A DNA stretch of 64,000 nt. It comes from an uncultured delta proteobacterium (lineage in GTDB: Bacteria > Desulfobacterota > Binatia > UBA9968). Position numbers and translations under genes: made by a program. Where the stretch lies: contig CAVXEP010000029.1 in NCBI GenBank assembly GCA_963760795.1, positions 352,001 through 416,000 on the forward strand, in the 5' to 3' direction. The notes below the pieces were generated by a model that searched no databases, had not been told where the DNA came from, and saw only the letters and a list, made by a program, of their open reading frames with translations. Shown in pieces: positions 19,408-28,514 of the stretch (its first letter is position 1; each line of letters starts with the position of its first letter).

Positions 19408-20880
19408 ATGTCTCGGTCCTCAGACCAGCAGTCAACTCGTTCAAGAATGACCCCCTTCGTTGGTGCTTGTGCGATCGCCGTCTTGGCAGGCATGGCGGGA
19501 TTAAGCATCATCGAGCAGTATAATGGTGGTCGCCAGCCGGCCCATGCCGCAAGCAGCCCGATTGCGACGGCGCAGGGTTTACCGGACTTCATCAGCTTGG
19601 CTAAGAAACTGGGACCTTCGGTTGTAAATGTCTCGACCAGCAGAATCCGCGGCGCGGCGGAGGAAGCACCCTCACCTTTTGGTGGCAACGATCCCGGGGA
19701 AGAGTTCTGGAAGCGATTCTTTGGCGGGCGCACCCCCCGTGGGCCGCAGCGCCAGAGTGGCGTCGGTTCGGGCTTCATCGTCGATGGCAACGGCACGATC
19801 TTAACCAACTACCATGTCGTCGACGGCGCGCAGAAACTTTCCGTGACACTGTCTGACGGCAAGAACTATGACGCGAAAGTAATCGGTAAGGACCAGAAGA
19901 GCGACATCGCGGTGATCAAGATCGAAGCTGGTCGCGACTTACCCGCGGCAGCTCTGGGCGACTCGGACCGGCTCGAAGTCGGCGAGTGGGTCATGGCGAT
20001 CGGCAATCCGTTCGGCCTCGACCACACGGTTACTTCCGGTATCGTCAGCGCCAAGGGGCGCAATATCGGCCAAGGGCCGTACGACAACTTTATTCAGACT
20101 GATGCTTCGATCAATCCAGGTAACTCGGGCGGCCCGTTGCTCAATCTACGCGGCGAAGTCGTGGGCATCAACACCGCGATCTTTAGCCAGTCCGGCGGCA
20201 ATATCGGCATCGGCTTTGCCATCCCTTCCAACTCCATCAAAGAACTGTTGCCGCAGTTACGCGACAAGGGCAAAGTCGTGCGTGGCTTCATTGGTGTGTC
20301 GGTGCAAAAGGTCACCCCAGAAATTGCCGAATCCTTGGGTATCAATCCAGCGCGTGGCGCCTTGGTCGGCGACCTGGTCAAAGGGGGACCGGCAGAGCGT
20401 GCCGGGGTGAAAACCGGCGATGTCATCATTGAGTTCGACCGCCGGCCGATCAAAGACTCCGCCGACCTGCCGCAGCAAGTGGCGCGAGTGGCGCCGGGTG
20501 CAGCGGTGCAAATCAAAGTGATTCGCGATGGCAGGGAAACCGCAATGCCGCTGACCATCGGCGAGATGAAGGAAGCCGAAGTCACTGCTGCCGCGCAGGA
20601 GGGTGAACTCGGCTTGACCGTTCAACCGCTGACTCCGCAATTGGCTGAAACCCTCGGTTTAGAGAGGGGCACCGGCTTGGTCATTTCGGCAGTGAAGCCG
20701 GGGAGCGCCGCGGAAGATGCGGGCTTACGCTCCGGTGACTTGCTGGTCGAGATCAATCGCCGGCCGGTGAAAAATCTCGCCGACTACAACCGGGAGATCG
20801 CCGGCAACGATAAAGCTAAATCAGTCCTGTTTTTGGTGCGCCGCGGTCAGAGTAGTTTGTTCCTGGCATTGAAGCGCTGA
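19408..20880 (+). CDS. degP: DegP/DegQ (HtrA) serine endoprotease with two PDZ domains
   Basis: GSGFI, LTNYHVV, SDIAVIKI, IGNPFGL and IQTDASINPGNSGGPL; two PDZ domains. Confidence 0.95.
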   Translation: MSRSSDQQSTRSRMTPFVGACAIAVLAGMAGLSIIEQYNGGRQPAHAASSPIATAQGLPDFISLAKKLGPSVVNVSTSRIRGAAEEAPSPFGGNDPGEEFWKRFFGGRTPRGPQRQSGVGSGFIVDGNGTILTNYHVVDGAQKLSVTLSDGKNYDAKVIGKDQKSDIAVIKIEAGRDLPAAALGDSDRLEVGEWVMAIGNPFGLDHTVTSGIVSAKGRNIGQGPYDNFIQTDASINPGNSGGPLLNLRGEVVGINTAIFSQSGGNIGIGFAIPSNSIKELLPQLRDKGKVVRGFIGVSVQKVTPEIAESLGINPARGALVGDLVKGGPAERAGVKTGDVIIEFDRRPIKDSADLPQQVARVAPGAAVQIKVIRDGRETAMPLTIGEMKEAEVTAAAQEGELGLTVQPLTPQLAETLGLERGTGLVISAVKPGSAAEDAGLRSGDLLVEINRRPVKNLADYNREIAGNDKAKSVLFLVRRGQSSLFLALKR

Positions 20881-20895
20881 CCCCAACGGCGGGTG

Positions 20896-20951
20896 AAAAC
20901 CGCTCAGCTTGCCATGCCTCCCAGCAGCCTCCCGGCAAGTGAGCGGTTTTT
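20896..20951 (+). terminator. Intrinsic (possibly bidirectional) terminator hairpin
   Basis: AAAACCGCTCA.CTTGCC...GGCAAGTGAGCGGTTTTT. Confidence 0.7.
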
Positions 20952-21194
20952 AACTTTTTCCCTCATAGTTCTTGCAACAGTTAAAGCGTCGTTCCAAGTC
21001 CATTTGATCTAGCTCTGGCGCGGCCGTCGACCGCCAGTTGCGGCGTCCCCCGGCGTCCAGTCACGCCCTGTCGTTCTGGGAGCCCTAAATGCTGCGCGAT
21101 GAATATGCCGTTTTGTGGATTGAGCAGCTAGCGAGAATCGTCTAATATCCGCCACTGCAGATAGCCGGATTAGGGTTCATGCGAGGTCTCCTAA

Positions 21195-22262
21195 ATGGGT
21201 CAGGGATTGGCAACGATCAAACGTTTCACTTGGCATGTCGGATTGCGCAACTTACTGGTTCAGCCATTGGCGCTGCTCTCGCTGCCTCTTATTATTGTCA
21301 GCACCGCGTTCGCCCAGGTTAATCCTTATCTCGCCCGTCCCAGCGAACGGCCCATGAGCATCCGTATCGCGACTTGTGCTGTGTCCGGTGGGTTCGCCCA
21401 TCTCTACACCGCGCTGGAAAACGATCTTTTCGACAAATACGGATTCAAAGTGGAGCATGTGTTTATCCGCGGCAGTAGGCCGGCGCTGGCCGCTCTGATG
21501 GCCGACGAGATCCAATTTCTCTACTGCGCCGCCGATGCGACGCTGCCATCGCTGGCGGCCGGCATCGACGTTAAATTGATTGCCGCGCCTCTAGTTAAAC
21601 TGCCCTACGTCTTGGTCACCCGCAAGGAGATCCGCCGCATGGAGGATCTCAAAGGCAAGGCGCTGGGCGTGGCAAGGGCCGGCGATTTGAGCGACCGGTT
21701 GTCCCGTGCCATGGTCAAGCGTTTTAACGTTGCGGACGTGTTGATGCGACCTGTCGGCGGCAGTCAAAATGAGCGTTACCAGGCGTTAGTGGCGAACCTG
21801 GTGCAAGGCGTCGTCATCACTCCGCCCATCGATGTGCGCGCTAAAAACGAGGGTTACAACGTGCTGTACCGCCTGATCGACATGGACTTTCCATTTATTT
21901 ACAGTTCCTTACATGCGACCGCGCGCACCGTGCGCGACCGGCCCGAAATGGTCCAGCGCATGGTCGCGGCATTTGCCGAAGCGATTCACTACGTCGATAA
22001 GAATCCGATCAAAACTAAATCTGCCATCGCTAAAATCATGCGTACGAAAGACAACGAAGCTTTACAGGTGTCGTACAACGTCTATACCAAAGACATCGTC
22101 GATCGGCGCATGATCGTGCCGGGGCAAGCTGTGAACGACTCACTTGAACTCTATCGTTCGTTGGGCATGCCGATTAAACGTAAGGCCGAGGACATTTACG
22201 ATAACAGCTTCGTCAGTCACTTGGAGAAAAGCGGTTTTCAGAGAGAGCTTTGGGGCCGATAA
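21195..22262 (+). CDS. ABC transporter substrate-binding protein (NMT1/SsuA-like), copy 1
   Basis: Signal peptide; DLKGKALGV; C-terminal IYDNSFV..LEKSGF..ELWG; start uncertain. Confidence 0.85.
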   Translation: MGQGLATIKRFTWHVGLRNLLVQPLALLSLPLIIVSTAFAQVNPYLARPSERPMSIRIATCAVSGGFAHLYTALENDLFDKYGFKVEHVFIRGSRPALAALMADEIQFLYCAADATLPSLAAGIDVKLIAAPLVKLPYVLVTRKEIRRMEDLKGKALGVARAGDLSDRLSRAMVKRFNVADVLMRPVGGSQNERYQALVANLVQGVVITPPIDVRAKNEGYNVLYRLIDMDFPFIYSSLHATARTVRDRPEMVQRMVAAFAEAIHYVDKNPIKTKSAIAKIMRTKDNEALQVSYNVYTKDIVDRRMIVPGQAVNDSLELYRSLGMPIKRKAEDIYDNSFVSHLEKSGFQRELWGR

Positions 22263-22280
22263 GGCGGTAAGGAGTAAGGC

Positions 22281-23321
22281 GTGAGGAGCAAGTTGCGAGA
22301 CGAAATTTTCTGTTCCGCCAAGTATCGTTTCCTAATTTTGGCGGTTTCGCTCTGTTCCTGGTTTGAGATCGCCCACTCTAATCCTTACATCGCCAAGCCC
22401 GGCGAAGCGCCGCTTCGTCTGCGGATTGCAACCTGTTCGGTCACCGGCGGATTCGTGCATCTTTACACGGCCCTGGAAAACAATCTTTTCGACAAATACG
22501 GTTTCAAGCTCGAACATATCTACATCCGCGGTACCGGACCGTCATTGGCAGCCCTGTTGGCCGATGAGATTCAGTTTCTCTATTGCGCCGCGGAGGCGAC
22601 GATCCCCGCTCTGGTCAGCGGCATCGACGCCAAGATTGTCGCTGCGCCATTGGTGAAGATGCCCTTTGTTCTAGTCACCCAGAAAGAGATACGCCGGCTC
22701 GAAGATCTCCGCGGTAAGTCCCTCGGCATCGTGCGTCCCGGCGACCTCAGCGATCGGCTCTCGCGCCAGCTGGTCAAGCGTTTCAATGTCGCGGATGTCA
22801 CCATGCGTCCCATCGGCGGCAGTCAATCGGAACGCTACCAAGCGATGGCGGCGAACTTGGTTCAAGGCGTCGTGATTACGCCGCCCCTCGACGTTCGAGC
22901 AAAAAACGACGGCTACAATGTTGTGTATCGTTTGATCGACATGGATTTGCCGTTTGTTTATAGCTCTCTGCATACCAGCTCGCGGATGATTCGCGAGCGC
23001 GGCGAGGTGGTGCAACGGATGGTTGCCGCATTTGCCGAAGCGGTGCAGTTTGCCGAGAGGAACCCGGCGAAATCCAAAGCGGCAATGGCTAAAGTGATGC
23101 AAACCAAAGACGAAGAAGCGCTCAACGTTTCTTATAATGTCTACGCCAAAGAAATCGTCGACCGGCGCATGATGGTGCCAAGCCACGCGGTCAGCGAGTC
23201 GGTTGAACTCCACCGGGCTTCCGGCTTGCCGGTGAAACGAAAGGCGGAAGATATTTTCGATAACACTTTCGTCCTTAACCTAGAGAAGAGCGGGTTTCAG
23301 AAAGAGCTGTGGGGCAGATAA
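22281..23321 (+). CDS. ABC transporter substrate-binding protein (NMT1/SsuA-like), copy 2
   Basis: Aligns by eye over its full length with copy 1 (NPY.A.P.E.P..RIATC.V.GGF.HLYTALEN). Confidence 0.85.
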   Translation: MRSKLRDEIFCSAKYRFLILAVSLCSWFEIAHSNPYIAKPGEAPLRLRIATCSVTGGFVHLYTALENNLFDKYGFKLEHIYIRGTGPSLAALLADEIQFLYCAAEATIPALVSGIDAKIVAAPLVKMPFVLVTQKEIRRLEDLRGKSLGIVRPGDLSDRLSRQLVKRFNVADVTMRPIGGSQSERYQAMAANLVQGVVITPPLDVRAKNDGYNVVYRLIDMDLPFVYSSLHTSSRMIRERGEVVQRMVAAFAEAVQFAERNPAKSKAAMAKVMQTKDEEALNVSYNVYAKEIVDRRMMVPSHAVSESVELHRASGLPVKRKAEDIFDNTFVLNLEKSGFQKELWGR

Positions 23322-23373
23322 GATGGTAAGGGGTAAGGGGTAAGACATAAGTTCGCCTTTTGCCACATTCAAA

Positions 23374-23604
23374 TTGCTGCTGAAATATATACTGGTCCTA
23401 CTCGCGACTTCGAATTTCTGGATTGGTCTTGCCCACGCTAATCCTTATCTTGCCAAGCCGGGGGAAGCGCCGATTCGATTGCGCATCGCCACTTGCGCGG
23501 TCTCTGGCGGCTTCATGCATCTCTACGCGGCGCTGGAGAAAGGGCTGTTCAACAAATACGGTATCACCTTCGAGCATATCCATATCCAAGCTTCGGCACG
23601 GTGA
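23374..23604 (+). pseudogene. Truncated third copy of the NMT1-like substrate-binding protein
   Basis: NPYLAKPGEAPIRLRIATCAVSGGFMHLY..FEHIHI, then similarity ends abruptly at a stop. Confidence 0.8.
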
Positions 23605-23657
23605 GCGATTTTTCAGCCGCAACAATCTCTCGCGATTCATTCGAGTCCGCTAAAATA

Positions 23658-23684
23658 AGATTTCTCTCGCTGGTCGAAATGACA
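23658..23684. repeat. REP-like palindromic repeat unit
   Basis: AGATTTCTC..GGTCGAAATGACA, the reverse of a TGTCATTTCGACC..GAGAAATCT GTCA-type REP, just after the truncation. Confidence 0.55.
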
Positions 23685-23774
23685 ATCTGATTTTCTGTTC
23701 GCAGCTTGTCTTAATATTCTTCATTTGTTAGTCCTGCCACTGATTCGCACTTCAATCTGGGAAAGGCACGGGCA

Positions 23775-25217
23775 ATGAAAACACTTATCCAAGGCGGCTG
23801 GGTCGTCGGCTTCGACGGCAACGAACATGAAATCATCAAAGAGGGCGTCGTCGTTTACGACGGCAACCTCGTCGAGTTCGTCGGCAAAGAATATTCGCAA
23901 GCGGTCGACAAAAAGATCGACGCCAAGGGCTGTTTGGTTTCGCCTGGATTCATCGACACCCACTTTCACTCCGGCATCAACGCCAGTGACTACATTCTTG
24001 CCGACTCGACTAAGACGGACTTCTTCGCGTCGAATTATCTCGCTCATGGCGGGCCGACCCGCGAGGGCGCGCACTCGGCGCATCTAAAAGATGTCGACAT
24101 TGGTCAGCGGTTTTCAATGATTCACGTTCTGAAAAGCGGTGTGACCACGACCTTCGACATTGGCGGCGCCGGCGGCGAGCCGGCGCGCTATGTTGACATG
24201 ATTGATCAGGTCGGCATTCGCTGCGTCGCCGGGCCGAGCTACAAGAATGTCGCCTTCTTTCACGATAAAGACGGCCGGTTGGAATACGATTGGAACGACG
24301 AACGCGGAAGCAAAGGATTACAAACCGCCGTCGATTTCGCCAAGAAATACAATGGCGCGTGCAGTGGTCGCATGACTGCGATGTTGTTTCCCGGCCATGT
24401 CGACTCGTGCACACCGGCGTTGCTGAAGGAAACCAAAACCGCCGCTAAGGATGCCGGCGTCGGCATTCAGATTCATGCGACGATCAATCTGTTCGAGTTT
24501 CACACGGTCATGCAGCGCGAACGTTGCACCCCCATCGAGCTATTAAAAAAAATCGGCTTCCTCGCGCCTGAAGTTTCATTGTCGCACTGCATCTTTGTCA
24601 GCGGCCATAGCTGGCTCGCCTATCCCTACGGCGACGATCTTAAAATTATCGCCGACTCCGGCGCGTCGGTGGCCTATAGCCCGCTCAAATATTTAAAGTT
24701 GGGTATTCTCATGGAATCCTTCGACCGTTACCGCCAGGCCGGTATCAACATGGGCATCGGCACAGACACTTTCCCCAAAGACATTCTCTCCGACATGCGC
24801 TACGCCGGCATCGCCTCGCGCATCGCCGACAAGAGCTTTCTCGCCGGTCAGCCGCGAGATGTCTTCAATTCCATCACCCTCGGCGGCGCCAAGATGATCG
24901 GCCGCGACGACATCGGCCGGCTAGCCAAGGGCGCCAAGGCCGACATCGCCATTGTCAATCTGCGCGACATTGCCTTCGGCGCCGTGCACGATCCGATCCG
25001 TTCGTTGATGGAAACCGCCGTTAGTCGCGACGTGCGCACGGTCATCGTCGACGGCAAAATCCTGGTCGACAACGGCATATTTCTGCGCCTAGACGAACAG
25101 GAGCTGCTCGACAAAGTTCAGACCAAGGGCGAACAGGTCTGGGACAGCGTCGCTAAATGGCACTGGACCGGCAAACCGATCGACGAAGTCGTGCCGCCGA
25201 GTTTTCGGATGAAGTAA
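23775..25217 (+). CDS. Amidohydrolase family protein (chlorohydrolase/deaminase-like)
   Basis: PGFIDTHFH, SGVTT, IQIHA, LSHCI, GIGTD and IGRLAKGAKADI motifs. Confidence 0.9.
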   Translation: MKTLIQGGWVVGFDGNEHEIIKEGVVVYDGNLVEFVGKEYSQAVDKKIDAKGCLVSPGFIDTHFHSGINASDYILADSTKTDFFASNYLAHGGPTREGAHSAHLKDVDIGQRFSMIHVLKSGVTTTFDIGGAGGEPARYVDMIDQVGIRCVAGPSYKNVAFFHDKDGRLEYDWNDERGSKGLQTAVDFAKKYNGACSGRMTAMLFPGHVDSCTPALLKETKTAAKDAGVGIQIHATINLFEFHTVMQRERCTPIELLKKIGFLAPEVSLSHCIFVSGHSWLAYPYGDDLKIIADSGASVAYSPLKYLKLGILMESFDRYRQAGINMGIGTDTFPKDILSDMRYAGIASRIADKSFLAGQPRDVFNSITLGGAKMIGRDDIGRLAKGAKADIAIVNLRDIAFGAVHDPIRSLMETAVSRDVRTVIVDGKILVDNGIFLRLDEQELLDKVQTKGEQVWDSVAKWHWTGKPIDEVVPPSFRMK

Positions 25218-25291
25218 TAGCCTGCGAGAGCGGGCTTATCGGAGCTATCAAATCTGTTGCACGAATCCCAGTGCGAGGAATTCAGCATTGT

Positions 25292-27079
25292 TTAGATCAG
25301 TGAATGCAACTTCCTAACTAACACACTGATCTCCTCAAACCCCTTCTGCCAAAACTCTCGCTGGTGAATATCGACGCCGAGTGGCTTGAGTAACGCATCC
25401 GGCGTGTCCGAGCCTCCAGCTTCTAGTAGTGCAACATACTTGGGCACGAAGCTTTTGCCCTCGTCTTTATACATTCGATACAAGGCTAGGACCAACAACT
25501 GGCCGAAGACGTAGCTGTAGCAATAAAAGCGCGAGTGGATGAAGTGAGGGATATAGCTCCAGCCCCAGCAGTAGCTTTCAGGCATGGTGACGGCGTCGCC
25601 GTAGTACTGGCCGTTGGCTTGGAGCCAGAGGTGGCCTAATTCCTCCGGTGTCAGACGTTTTCCTTGTCTTGCCGAGAAAGCGAGTTCCTCGAAGCGGGTC
25701 AGGACATTTTGCCGGAAAACGGTGGCGAAGATGTCTTCGATCTTGCCGGCCAAGAGCGCGATCTGCACTTCTCGATCGCTTTGCCGCTCAAGTAAATAAT
25801 CGAACACCAACATTTCGCCGAACACCGAGGCGGTCTCGGCTGTTGTGAGGGGGGTGTCGTAGTTGAAATAATTCTGCTTGCGGCTCAGACAGCCGTGCAG
25901 GCCATGGCCTAACTCATGGGCGACGGTCATGACATCGCGCAGGTTGTCGTCGTAGTTGCACAGGACATAGGGATGGAGCTGTGGCGAGGGCGAGGCGCAG
26001 AAGGCGCCGCCGCGTTTGCCTTTACGGATTTCCGCGTCGATCCAATTGTTGGCGAAAAATTCGCCGGCGAGGGCGCGAAAGTTCGGGTCGAAGGCTGCGA
26101 AGGCGTTAAGTATCGCTTCCTGCGCTTTATCGTAAGGGAATGGCCTGACTTCCTTGCCGACAGGCGCGTACTGGTCGTAGAGTGCGAGCTGCGGCAATTC
26201 GAGCAGCTTCGCTTTCAAGCGAAAGTAGTCATGGGCCAAGGGATAATTCTTTTCGCTGACCTCCATCATAGTTTTTACGGCGGCGCCGTCGATTTCATTA
26301 GATAAATTGCGCTGCTCCATCGGGTGTCGATAACTGCGCAAGCGGTCCACGGTCAGGTTGTCCTGGATCAGAGTATCGTAGATGAACGTCAGCACCTGGC
26401 CATGTTGCGACAGTTCCTGGTAAACCGTCTCCATGGCGCGTTGGCGCAGGCTGCGATCCGGCTCATGCAGCAACGAGAGGATCTGACTCAAGTTCAGCTC
26501 TTCGGTCTTGCCGTCCTTTTCCAGTTTGAAAACCAGCGACGAAGTAATTTCCGAAAACAGCCGGCCGAAGGCGTTGCGGCCAGTGTTGTCTTTTTCGTTG
26601 ATGAGTTTCTCTTCCAGTTCGGACAGCGTGTGCGGGCGATAGCGGCGCAGGCTGGTGAGATAATGTTGGTAAGGTTTGAGTTGCTCATCCTGGATCAACT
26701 TGCCAGCGATGTCGTCTTCGACCTTGAGCCAGGCCAACTCGAAGAACAGCAGCAGGTTTCTTATTTCTGTACTGCGCTGCTCGACTCGCTGGTCCAGGTC
26801 TTGATACTCTGGCTTGGCGGTGTCGGCGGCGTAAAGCAGACCGGAGTAACTGCCGACCCGACCGAGGGCTTCGTAGATAACCGCTAATTCTTGTAGGGCG
26901 TCGACCAGGGTTGCAGCGCTCAGCGTCGGTGGATTCTCCAGCGCCGGCCGATAGCGCTCGGCAAACTCCAGCGCCCGAGTGCGGCAGTCGTTTAGGGTCG
27001 TTGCTATTTTTTCGTCGTCATGGGCGGCAAAAAGGTCGCTTAAGTCCCAGCGGATTCCCGCCGCGCTGTTGTTGGCCAT
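25292..27079 (-). CDS. pepF: M3 family oligoendopeptidase F
   Basis: WDLSDLF, GKRGGAFC, HELGHGLH, AETASVFGE and HF..FYCYSY motifs. Confidence 0.94.
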   Translation of the reverse strand: MANNSAAGIRWDLSDLFAAHDDEKIATTLNDCRTRALEFAERYRPALENPPTLSAATLVDALQELAVIYEALGRVGSYSGLLYAADTAKPEYQDLDQRVEQRSTEIRNLLLFFELAWLKVEDDIAGKLIQDEQLKPYQHYLTSLRRYRPHTLSELEEKLINEKDNTGRNAFGRLFSEITSSLVFKLEKDGKTEELNLSQILSLLHEPDRSLRQRAMETVYQELSQHGQVLTFIYDTLIQDNLTVDRLRSYRHPMEQRNLSNEIDGAAVKTMMEVSEKNYPLAHDYFRLKAKLLELPQLALYDQYAPVGKEVRPFPYDKAQEAILNAFAAFDPNFRALAGEFFANNWIDAEIRKGKRGGAFCASPSPQLHPYVLCNYDDNLRDVMTVAHELGHGLHGCLSRKQNYFNYDTPLTTAETASVFGEMLVFDYLLERQSDREVQIALLAGKIEDIFATVFRQNVLTRFEELAFSARQGKRLTPEELGHLWLQANGQYYGDAVTMPESYCWGWSYIPHFIHSRFYCYSYVFGQLLVLALYRMYKDEGKSFVPKYVALLEAGGSDTPDALLKPLGVDIHQREFWQKGFEEISVLVRKLHSLI

Positions 27080-27209
27080 AGTGAAGTCCTTTCGCTTGAG
27101 CCTGTTATGCCTATTTCACGGTGAAACCGGCCGGAGTCAAGTTGCGACTTGGCTATTTCAGTGTATATGATGGCCGGAATTTTTCCGCTAATTTGAAAGG
27201 GGTATTTCC

Positions 27210-27920
27210 ATGGCTGAATTAACTGAACTCAAAAAGAAGCTGGCGATGTCGTCGCGCATGCTGTTTAACTCCGGGCTGGTCGATTACAGTGGGCATGTCA
27301 GCGTGCGCGTCCCCGGCTCCGATCACTTGCTAATTTTGCCGCATCCGGTGAGCCGCGCGACCGTTAAACCTGACGATATGGTGGTCACCGACTTTGACGG
27401 CAAAGTGATCGAAGGCAACTACAAAGCGCCGTCGGAAGTTTTTATGCACGCGCGCGCCTACAAAGCGCGCAGCGACATCCAGAGCGTGGCCCATCTGCAC
27501 AATCACATGGTGGCGACGCTGAGCATGGTCGATAAGCCATTTTATCCAGCTTCGTCCAATCCCGGCGCTTTCTTCGGTCCCGGCGCGTTGCCCAAGTACA
27601 TGGACCCGGCGCTGATTCATACCATTGAGCAGGGCGATGCCGTGGCCAAGGCGCTCGGCAAGGGCGATGCCTTGATGCTACGCGGCCATGGGTCAATGGT
27701 GGTAGCTCAATCGATCGAGTGGGTATTTGCCGCCTGCGTCGATCTCGAGGAAGCGGCGGCGCGCTTCTACAAGGCTGCGCTGCTGGGGCCGGTGCTGGTT
27801 TACAACGAAGATGAAACCCAGCGGGTCATGAAAGGCCGGCGCAAGGACTCGGTTGTGCAAAAAGTTTGGGATCACAACGTGGCTAAGACTAAATTAGTCG
27901 GACTCTTGAACGGCATCTAA
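27210..27920 (+). CDS. Class II aldolase/adducin family protein
   Basis: SGHVSVR, PSEVFMH, VAHLH and LRGHG motifs. Confidence 0.9.
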   Translation: MAELTELKKKLAMSSRMLFNSGLVDYSGHVSVRVPGSDHLLILPHPVSRATVKPDDMVVTDFDGKVIEGNYKAPSEVFMHARAYKARSDIQSVAHLHNHMVATLSMVDKPFYPASSNPGAFFGPGALPKYMDPALIHTIEQGDAVAKALGKGDALMLRGHGSMVVAQSIEWVFAACVDLEEAAARFYKAALLGPVLVYNEDETQRVMKGRRKDSVVQKVWDHNVAKTKLVGLLNGI

Positions 27921-27953
27921 ACTAAGTTCACAAATCCGCTATTTACCCACATC

Positions 27954-27994
27954 ACCGGCTCCGGTCTGGGCTTCGCTCAGCTACCGGGGCCGGT
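27954..27994 (+). terminator. GC-rich hairpin downstream of the aldolase gene
   Basis: ACCGGCTCCGGT...ACCGGGGCCGGT with inner CTGGGC-TTC-GCTCAG. Confidence 0.55.
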
Positions 27995-28119
27995 AAATCG
28001 CCGCCACTCTGGAACATTCTCGAACGCCGGTTCTCAATGGGGAACCCCAGCCAATTGGGTTTTTTTTCTTGCGCGCCACTATACCCGGTGTTATAGAATA
28101 CGATTCAAATAAATGAGGA

Positions 28120-28512
28120 GTGCGTTCCGAAATGTACGATGATTTTCTTGCGAGGATTTTAGAACCAGATATTTTTCTGCCATCGCAGTTCTACGGCAAT
28201 GGCGGGTTGTCGCGCAAACTTGAGGGCGAAAAACGCTTGATGATTGCGATCTTGAAAGACGCGGTGGAGTGCTTGGAAAAATACCGAGAATCGCGCAGTG
28301 ATACCGGCAAGATCAGCTATCAAAACGCCATCGAGTGGGTTGAAGATACCGACACTGAGTGGCTCTATTCATTTACTAACATCTGCGATTTGTTGGGATT
28401 TGACCCCCACTATCTGCGTGAACAGCTTCTCAAGCGGGAAAACCGTTATATTAAACCGCTGCGGATGAAAACCCTCTCGTTAGCCTCGATGAGTGCTAGC
28501 GCGGCCCAATAA
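28120..28512 (+). CDS. Hypothetical protein, paralogue of 18863..19318
   Basis: EKRLMIAILKDAV...AIEWV...YSFTNICDLLGFDPHYLR; TTGCGC-N17-TATAGA promoter at 28069-28097; start may be ATG 28132. Confidence 0.75.
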   Translation: MRSEMYDDFLARILEPDIFLPSQFYGNGGLSRKLEGEKRLMIAILKDAVECLEKYRESRSDTGKISYQNAIEWVEDTDTEWLYSFTNICDLLGFDPHYLREQLLKRENRYIKPLRMKTLSLASMSASAAQ

Positions 28513-28514
28513 GA

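Noticed and set aside
20955-21190. Intergenic region after the degP terminator as a riboswitch or sRNA
   Set aside because: Only weak local hairpins and no recognisable conserved motif
28011-28037. Third ECF-like promoter GGAAC-N16-TCTCAA
   Set aside because: The -10 part deviates from the CGTCTAA seen twice elsewhere, and a good sigma70 promoter lies closer to the gene
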